A DNA stretch of 50,728 nucleotides from Oscillospiraceae bacterium (lineage in GTDB: Bacteria > Bacillota > Clostridia > Oscillospirales > CAG-272), in contig SVUC01000001.1 in the NCBI GenBank assembly GCA_015063455.1, positions 1 to 50,728 on the forward strand, given 5' to 3'. Numbering within the stretch: the stretch's first letter is position 1; every line of letters begins with the position of its first letter. Below are positions 44,837 to 50,728 of the stretch, one piece after another. The translations under genes and the position numbers were made by a program. A model generated the notes under the pieces. That model searched no databases. It was not told where the DNA came from and saw only the letters and a list, made by a program, of their open reading frames with translations.

Positions 44837-46579
44837 ATGAAAAAAATACTCGCAATTATTCTTGCTCTTGCAATGATGACAGTATCATTTATGTCATGCT
44901 CAAACGATCAGAATGAATCTGATAACGACAGTAACAATCCGAATGAATCCGTAAACAATCCGGACGAATCTGAATCAGATGATCCTGCAGAGGAGTCTGA
45001 ATCGCAGATCGAAGACCCTGTAACCGCAGAAGCACCGTATAAAAGAGTAATCGTTATCGGTGTTGATGGTGCAGGTGCATACTTCAATAGAACTGACACT
45101 CCGAATATCGACAGAATTTTTGAGGGCGGTGCTGTTACATACGAAGCTGTAACAGCAACACCTTCAATCAGCGCACAGTGTTGGGGTGAAATTTTGCTCG
45201 GTATAACAGCCGATGTCCATAAGCTTACAAACTCCACAGCGGCATACATTCCTTATAATCCTGAGTCGATATTCCCGTCGATCTTCAGAGTAGTACGTGA
45301 AAATGATCCTGAAGCAACCATTGCATCTTTTTGTAACTGGGATACTATCAACTGCGGTTTCATTGAAGATAATATCGGTGTATACAAAACTTCAGGTAAT
45401 GATGCCAATATTGCACAGAAGGTTTGCGATTTCGTTGCAGAAAATGATCCTAAGCTTGTATTCATACAGTTCGACGAAGTAGATGGCGCGGGTCATAATG
45501 AGGGCTTTGGCGGTGAAGAACAGCTCGAACAGATCACAGTAACTGACGGATATATCGGTCAGATCTACGACGCGTATGCAGCCAAGGGATATATCGAAGA
45601 TACACTCTTTATCGTTACAGCTGACCATGGCGGAAATGGAAATGACCACGGCGGTGATACATTCGACGAAATGCACGTTATGTACGCGGCAGCAGGTCAT
45701 ACAGTTGTATCGGGGACTATCGGTGAGATGTCAGTACGTGATAACGCCGCAATCGTTATGCACGCACTCGGATATTCCTGCCCTGAAACATGGACCGCAA
45801 GAGTTCCCGGAAACCTCTTTGAAGGTGTAGAAGAGCAGGAAAGACCTTCTTATGAGGTCCACGCAATGAGTGAAAACCGCAATCATGCAAGTGAGCCCAC
45901 ACCTGCTATTGACAGCGGAAAGTTTATTACTGATTACTTCAGCTCAGATGATATTTACGCATATCTTACTTTGGACGGAACTGATCTCGACGCACTTGAG
46001 AAAGTTACAACCGAGACAAAGAAAAATGTAACATATGCGGAAGGTTATTACGGCCAGGGTGCTGTCCTTGAAGAAGGATTCATCCAGATAAAAGAATATT
46101 ATCCTGAAAATAACAGTTTCACAGCATCTCTTTGGATCAATACAACAGGTTCAATTGATGACCCCGCACTCTTCTCCAACAAGTATTGGAGTAAGGGTAA
46201 CTCCATCGGCTATGCGTTTTATATTACAGGAAATAATGTTGGATTTAACATCGGCAACGGAAAATACTGTTACGACGCAATGTTCTATCCGCCTGCTGAT
46301 TTCGATAAAGGCTGGATGCACATAATTCTTACGGTAGACAGAGAAGCCGGAACAGTTGGTATTTCCTTCGATTTCGGCGAGATGCAGGTTGTTGAGCTTC
46401 CAGACCAATATAAAGATATTTCACTCAAGGGACCCAAGAATCATCTCACTCTCGGGCAGGACGGAGCAGGAACTTATCCGTATGTTGTGCCCGGTGTCTA
46501 TGATGAATTTATGATGTTCAACAGAGTATTCACACAGGAAGATGTTGCAAAGCTTGCTGAATATTATAACGCACAGTAA
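44837..46579 (+). CDS. Array copy 5: lipoprotein NPP-like plus LamG-like protein
   Basis: 580 aa and closest to copy 4. The 35 nt run gaagcaccgtataaaagagtaatcgttatcggtgt is identical at 43258-43292 and 45029-45063. Also 'FIQFDEVDGAGH' and 'LFIVTADHGGNGNDHGG'. AGGTGA SD. Confidence 0.9.
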   Translation: MKKILAIILALAMMTVSFMSCSNDQNESDNDSNNPNESVNNPDESESDDPAEESESQIEDPVTAEAPYKRVIVIGVDGAGAYFNRTDTPNIDRIFEGGAVTYEAVTATPSISAQCWGEILLGITADVHKLTNSTAAYIPYNPESIFPSIFRVVRENDPEATIASFCNWDTINCGFIEDNIGVYKTSGNDANIAQKVCDFVAENDPKLVFIQFDEVDGAGHNEGFGGEEQLEQITVTDGYIGQIYDAYAAKGYIEDTLFIVTADHGGNGNDHGGDTFDEMHVMYAAAGHTVVSGTIGEMSVRDNAAIVMHALGYSCPETWTARVPGNLFEGVEEQERPSYEVHAMSENRNHASEPTPAIDSGKFITDYFSSDDIYAYLTLDGTDLDALEKVTTETKKNVTYAEGYYGQGAVLEEGFIQIKEYYPENNSFTASLWINTTGSIDDPALFSNKYWSKGNSIGYAFYITGNNVGFNIGNGKYCYDAMFYPPADFDKGWMHIILTVDREAGTVGISFDFGEMQVVELPDQYKDISLKGPKNHLTLGQDGAGTYPYVVPGVYDEFMMFNRVFTQEDVAKLAEYYNAQ

Positions 46580-46654
46580 TAGAACGCTGACTTTTAAGTT
46601 TGACTCAATAATCTAGTTTTGAAATCATTTTGTGAAGTGTAAGGTGGCATTATT

Positions 46655-46921
46655 ATGAAAAAGATATTGTCAATGATCCTCGTGCTTGTGATGCTTACAA
46701 CATTGTTTGCGTCATGCTCGAATGATCAGAATAAAGCGGAAAGTAAGAATAACGAATCAATAAACGATCAAACAGAATCCGATACTACACTCGAAGATAC
46801 AGAATCCGAGACAGAAGAAGATACCGAGGAATCTGAAACCGAAATCGAAGAGCCGGTTGTACTCGAACCACCGTATAAACGTGTAGTTTTGATCGGAGTT
46901 GACGGTGCAGGTGCATTCTTC
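46655..46921 (+). repeat. Direct repeat, copy A (5' end of array gene 6), near-identical to 47734-48000
   Basis: My manual alignment finds about 16 mismatches in 267 nt, with exact runs of 33-35 nt. Identity falls sharply after this tract. Confidence 0.75.
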
Positions 46922-47677
46922 AAAAAAGCAGAAACACCGAACATTGATAGAATTTTTGAAAACGGTGCAGTTACTTATGATGCTGTTACAGCGACTCCGT
47001 CAGTTAGTGCACAGTGCTGGGGATCACTTCTTCATGGTGTTCCCGCTGATATACATCGCCTTACATTCTCTATTATTGATAATTATCCTTACGGTACTGT
47101 TTCAAGAATTCCTAGCATATTCCAAGTCGTGCGTGATAATGATTCCGAAGCACTTCTTGCATCTATCGTTAACTGGATTCCTATCAATAGAGGCGTTGTT
47201 GAAGATGGAATCGGTATACATAAGGATACCGGAGACGATCAGCAGGTAACAGATAAAGTTTGTAAATACCTGAAGGAACACGATCCAAAACTTTTATTCG
47301 TTCATTTTGACAGTGTTGATGGCGCAGGACATAATGATGGTTACGGGAGTAACGACCACCTTAAACAGATAAAGGTTATTGATGGATACATCGGATTAAT
47401 ATACAGTGTGCTTGAAAACAGAGGAATGCTTGATGATACTTTGTTCATAGTAACTACAGACCACGGTGGAACCCCCGATGGCACACACGGTGAAGATACA
47501 GATGCAGAGATGAAAATTATGTACGCTGCTGTTGGGCACAGTGTTCAAAAAGGTGGGAAAATAGGTGAAATGTCTATCTGGGATAATGCGGCTGTAATCG
47601 CGTATGCGCTCGGATATGAAGCACCTGAAAAATGGACCTCAAAAATTCCTAACGGACTTTTTCAAGAAATCGAATAA
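46655..47677 (+). CDS. Array copy 6: truncated paralogue (signal peptide, linker, NPP-like domain only, no LamG module), possibly decaying
   Basis: 340 aa. It ends '...KIPNGLFQEIE' followed by tandem stops TAA TAG, at the point where the other copies continue 'LFEGVEEQERP...'. Substitutions occur at positions otherwise conserved in the array: 'NWIPIN', 'SIWDNAA' and 'THGED'. Confidence 0.8.
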   Translation: MKKILSMILVLVMLTTLFASCSNDQNKAESKNNESINDQTESDTTLEDTESETEEDTEESETEIEEPVVLEPPYKRVVLIGVDGAGAFFKKAETPNIDRIFENGAVTYDAVTATPSVSAQCWGSLLHGVPADIHRLTFSIIDNYPYGTVSRIPSIFQVVRDNDSEALLASIVNWIPINRGVVEDGIGIHKDTGDDQQVTDKVCKYLKEHDPKLLFVHFDSVDGAGHNDGYGSNDHLKQIKVIDGYIGLIYSVLENRGMLDDTLFIVTTDHGGTPDGTHGEDTDAEMKIMYAAVGHSVQKGGKIGEMSIWDNAAVIAYALGYEAPEKWTSKIPNGLFQEIE

Positions 47678-47733
47678 TAGAAAAACTCGAACTATTCAAA
47701 AAAGTATAGAAAAATATTTAAGGTGATATTATA

Positions 47734-48000
47734 ATGAAAAAAATATTGTCAATGATCCTCGTGCTTGTGATGCTTGCAACATTGTTTGCGTCATGCTCGA
47801 ATGATCAGAATGAATCGGAAAGTAAGAATAATGAATCAATAAACGATCAGAAAGAATCCGATACTACACCCGAAGATACAGAATCCGAGACCGAAGCAGA
47901 TACCGAGGAATCTGAAACTGAAATAGAAGAACCGGTTGTACTCGAACCTCCGTATAAACGCGTAGTTTTGATCGGAGTTGACGGTGCTGGTGCATTCTTC
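47734..48000 (+). repeat. Direct repeat, copy B (5' end of array gene 7)
   Basis: See the partner repeat at 46655-46921. The two copies are offset by 1079 nt. Confidence 0.75.
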
Positions 48001-49503
48001 CAGAAAACAGACACCCCAAATCTCGACAGGATTTTTGAGAACGGTGCCGTTACTTACGAAGCAATAACATCGACTCCTTCAATCAGTGCACAGTGCTGGG
48101 GTTCCCTCATTCACGGTGTTACCGCAGATGTACACAGACTTACAAACTCTATTGCTGAAAAGCATCCCTATGGTATAAGCTCGAGAATCCCAAGTATATT
48201 CAGCGTTGTACGTGAAAACGATCCCGAAGCTGTTCTTGCATCAATCTGTAACTGGAATCCAATTAATATTGGTATTGTAGAAGATGATATTGGTATACAC
48301 AAAGATACCGGTAACGACTCAAAGGTTACATATAAAGTTTGTAAATACCTGCAGAAAAATGATCCTAAACTCCTGTTCGTTCACTTTGACAGCGTTGACG
48401 GCGCAGGTCATGCCGATGGATACGGAAGCAAAAAGCATCTGCAGCAGATCACTACGATTGACGGATATATCGGAACGATATACGGCGTTCTCGATTCACT
48501 TGATATGCTTGAAGATACACTCTTCATTGTTACCACGGACCACGGAGGAACACCCGAGGGTTCACATGGTGGAGACACAGATGCAGAAATGAAGATCATG
48601 TATGCTGCTATTGGACACAATGTTCAAAAGGGAAGTACGATCGGTGAAATGTCAATTCGTGACAACGCGGCGATTGTTATGTATGCTCTTGGCTATGACG
48701 TAGCAGATGAATGGACTTCAAGAATTCCGGGCGGACTTTTCGAGGGAGTTGAGGAGCAGGAGAGACCGATATATACACCTCCGGGGGTAGTTCTTCCTGA
48801 GAGAGATTATGAGAGCCAGCCAACTCCCGCGGCAGGAAGCGGAGAGCATATTACCGATTTCTTCAGTGAAGAAAATATTGCAGCGTACCTTACACTTGAC
48901 GGTGATGCGAGCGATTCAATGGGCAAAGTGGCTACAGAACCAAACGGCAAGCTCTATTACGTTGAAGGCTACTACGGTCAGGGAACAGCGTTTGACGACG
49001 GATATATCACCCTCAAGGATTATAAGCCCGGCTCAAAGGATTTCTCTATTGCGTTTTGGCTGAAAACAAGCGGACTAAAAGGTGAGCAGGCGTTGTTCTC
49101 AAATAAGGACATCTCGGTAGGAAAGAACGCTGGATTTACTTTGTCGTTAAAGCCTGGTGCCCTAAAATTCAATACAGGAAACACTATCAGTGCAACAAAT
49201 TTCGAATATACAATGCCGGCGAACTATAAAGAAGGATGGGTGCACGTTGTTCTCTCAGTAAACAGAACATTCGGTTCGATCAGCGTTGCCTACGACTTTG
49301 GAGATTTCCAGAAATCAACTCTTAATTCCGCAATGAAATTTATGTCGTTCAACGCATTGGATCTTCTTAATATTGGACAGGACGGAACGGGTACATACGA
49401 GAATAAGCTGTCAGCAGCTATTGATGATATCATAATCTTCAATACTGCTCTAAAAGCTCAGGATCTCGCTCGTCTTTCAGATTACTATAACATAGAAGAA
49501 TAA
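47734..49503 (+). CDS. Array copy 7: lipoprotein NPP-like plus LamG-like protein
   Basis: 589 aa. Lipobox 'LFASC', 'VVLIGVDGAGAFF', 'TPSISAQCWGS', 'FVHFDSVDGAGH', 'LFIVTTDHGGTPEGSHGG', 'GWVHVVL' and 'IDDIIIFNTALKAQDL'. AAGGTGA SD. Confidence 0.9.
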   Translation: MKKILSMILVLVMLATLFASCSNDQNESESKNNESINDQKESDTTPEDTESETEADTEESETEIEEPVVLEPPYKRVVLIGVDGAGAFFQKTDTPNLDRIFENGAVTYEAITSTPSISAQCWGSLIHGVTADVHRLTNSIAEKHPYGISSRIPSIFSVVRENDPEAVLASICNWNPINIGIVEDDIGIHKDTGNDSKVTYKVCKYLQKNDPKLLFVHFDSVDGAGHADGYGSKKHLQQITTIDGYIGTIYGVLDSLDMLEDTLFIVTTDHGGTPEGSHGGDTDAEMKIMYAAIGHNVQKGSTIGEMSIRDNAAIVMYALGYDVADEWTSRIPGGLFEGVEEQERPIYTPPGVVLPERDYESQPTPAAGSGEHITDFFSEENIAAYLTLDGDASDSMGKVATEPNGKLYYVEGYYGQGTAFDDGYITLKDYKPGSKDFSIAFWLKTSGLKGEQALFSNKDISVGKNAGFTLSLKPGALKFNTGNTISATNFEYTMPANYKEGWVHVVLSVNRTFGSISVAYDFGDFQKSTLNSAMKFMSFNALDLLNIGQDGTGTYENKLSAAIDDIIIFNTALKAQDLARLSDYYNIEE

Positions 49504-49505
49504 TC

Positions 49506-49543
49506 AAAAAAACGGAAGGTTTTCATATAGCCTTCCGTTTTTC
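49506..49543 (+). terminator. Rho-independent terminator closing the array
   Basis: aaaaaacggaagg-ttttcatatag-ccttccgttttt, a GC-containing stem followed by a T-run. Confidence 0.75.
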
Positions 49544-49686
49544 TTTAGAAAGTAAAATATTTATCGAAAAAACAATGAAAATTAATATCTGATTTATGAT
49601 TGAATGTTATTATATGCATAGTGACTTTTCGATGTAAAGCTGTTTTATTTAATTGAAATATTAATGATGATCTGAGAGAGTCGGCT

Positions 49687-50728
49687 ATGCGTAAAATCAA
49701 AAAAACGAGAAGAAGAACCGATACAACCGTATACATTCTTTTGGGAATAATGATCGTGCTGTGTGCCGTAATTGTTTTTTTAGGAATGGCATATTTCAGT
49801 CAGATGAGGCTGAATCAGTTTTCGAAAAACATTACTTTTTCCGATAATTACTTTTTGCGGAATTATTCCTATGTTCACAATGAAAATGAAGTACCTCGCT
49901 CCAAAGAGTATTATACATTTAATGAAGCGGTCGAGATAGTAAAGTCACTTCTTGATGATTACGGCGTCCAATACGATACCTTTGATATGGAAATATTCTA
50001 TCATTATCATCCCGACAGAGAACTGACTGAAACAGACATATTCGGCTATTATTACAATATTATAAGGTCAATTTCAGATTCACACAACGGTACAGGATAT
50101 TTCTTGTTTTCCGAGCACATTGAGAATATAACAGGAATGTCACACGAGAACGATGATTATACATATCCTCGAGAGCTTGTTCTCGATCAGATCGCAAAGA
50201 TCGTAAAAGCATCATTTGAGTGGGCACCGGGACTTTTCATTGATAAATATGGTACAATCAGATACGATTTCTCAGAATATGGCGGTTATATTCATGAGGA
50301 AATGGAAGTAGTGAGTTATGTTGATCCTGCTTACTATGAACGTATCACAACAAAAGTTAATAATGTTTTGTACGAGGCTGAGCGGCTTATGGCTACCTCA
50401 GAAGCTTACGGAGCAGAGTACAATTTTGACAGTATAGCACGTCTTTATTACGACAGCGTCGCAGCTGCATATTTTCCTCCGATTGAGTATATATTGAGCA
50501 CAGAGGAAATCTTAAACGAAATATCCGGCGACGAATATGGAACAATCAAGCTGAAAATACTTGACGCCGAGCATATTTCACAGCTTCCCGAATATCCTAA
50601 CGGCTGTGAAGCGGTATCCGCAGTAATGATGCTCAGATATTTTGGATTTGATATTGATAAAACCGATTTTATAGATAATTATCTCGAAAAAGAAGAGGTT
50701 GATATACGTTGGGGAATTCGCTTCGGAC
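49687..50728 (+). CDS. Partial CDS (3' end outside the window): membrane-anchored protein ending in a peptidase C39-like (papain-fold) domain
   Basis: My own translation reads 'MRKIKKTRRRTDTTVYILLGIMIVLCAVIVFLGMAYF...' (N-terminal TM) through '...ISQLPEYPNGCEAVSAVMMLRYFGFDIDKTDFIDNYL', which resembles the Peptidase_C39_2 catalytic-Cys block. GAGAGAG SD. It is not in the ORF track because there is no stop in the window. Confidence 0.6.
   Translation, partial: MRKIKKTRRRTDTTVYILLGIMIVLCAVIVFLGMAYFSQMRLNQFSKNITFSDNYFLRNYSYVHNENEVPRSKEYYTFNEAVEIVKSLLDDYGVQYDTFDMEIFYHYHPDRELTETDIFGYYYNIIRSISDSHNGTGYFLFSEHIENITGMSHENDDYTYPRELVLDQIAKIVKASFEWAPGLFIDKYGTIRYDFSEYGGYIHEEMEVVSYVDPAYYERITTKVNNVLYEAERLMATSEAYGAEYNFDSIARLYYDSVAAAYFPPIEYILSTEEILNEISGDEYGTIKLKILDAEHISQLPEYPNGCEAVSAVMMLRYFGFDIDKTDFIDNYLEKEEVDIRWGIRFG

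Noticed and set aside
47678-47733. Search for a leftover fragment of a LamG-coding sequence between copy 6 and copy 7.
   Set aside because: The 56 nt gap shows no recognisable similarity to the 3' parts of other copies beyond the 8 nt 'taatagaa' at the stop. That is too short to support any claim beyond the tentative note recorded in the findings.
37588-49503. Interpretation of the array proteins as sulfatases, given the adjacent cysK and their AP-superfamily membership.
   Set aside because: The sulfatase signature C/S-x-P-x-R with its downstream motif is absent. The nucleophile region reads P-[ST]-x-S-A-[QE]-x-W-G, and the DxxGH / DHG / HG pattern fits phosphodiesterase-type members better. 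cysK is divergently transcribed from its own promoter.
49545-49736. 63 aa minus-strand ORF downstream of the array.
   Set aside because: It overlaps the start of the better-supported plus-strand C39-like gene and the AT-rich promoter region, and has no SD sequence or motifs.

Overview
This window is a low-GC (about 40% by eye) chromosomal segment from a spore-forming Firmicute, probably a member of the Clostridia. The evidence for that placement is the spoIIAA-spoIIAB-sigF operon, an alpha/beta-type SASP gene, and the conserved gene run nusB-xseA-xseB-ispA-tlyA-nadK-argR-recN-tyrS. Most of the window is housekeeping: polA, a heterodimeric ABC exporter pair, murB, whiA, dnaE, a class A PBP, cysK, trmO and one tRNA-Arg(CCT). 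Several intergenic regions carry perfect or near-perfect TTGACA-17-TATAAT promoters and clear rho-independent terminators. The region of most interest is 37588-49503. It holds seven co-oriented tandem paralogues, each with the same architecture: a lipoprotein signal peptide with a lipobox Cys, a 40-70 aa acidic D/E/S/T linker, an alkaline-phosphatase-superfamily domain that looks NPP/phosphodiesterase-like, and a C-terminal LamG/concanavalin-A-like domain. A consensus promoter and a strong terminator bracket the array. One copy (46655-47677) has lost the LamG module. The first copy has Lys in place of the conserved DxxGH histidine. Copies 6 and 7 share a near-identical 5' tract. An eighth paralogue (2887-4443, opposite strand) has no signal peptide or linker and starts exactly at the catalytic domain. 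I do not recognise this fusion or array as a characterised system. Its function is unknown, and all family assignments rest on motif recall, because no searches could be run. Other notable items are a higher-GC remnant of a Tn916-like ICE regulatory module at the left edge, an N-terminally reduced WhiA, a PBP1A with a Cys-rich and extremely acidic C-terminal extension, and a partial membrane-anchored C39-like peptidase gene at the right edge. I saw no rRNA genes or CRISPR arrays.
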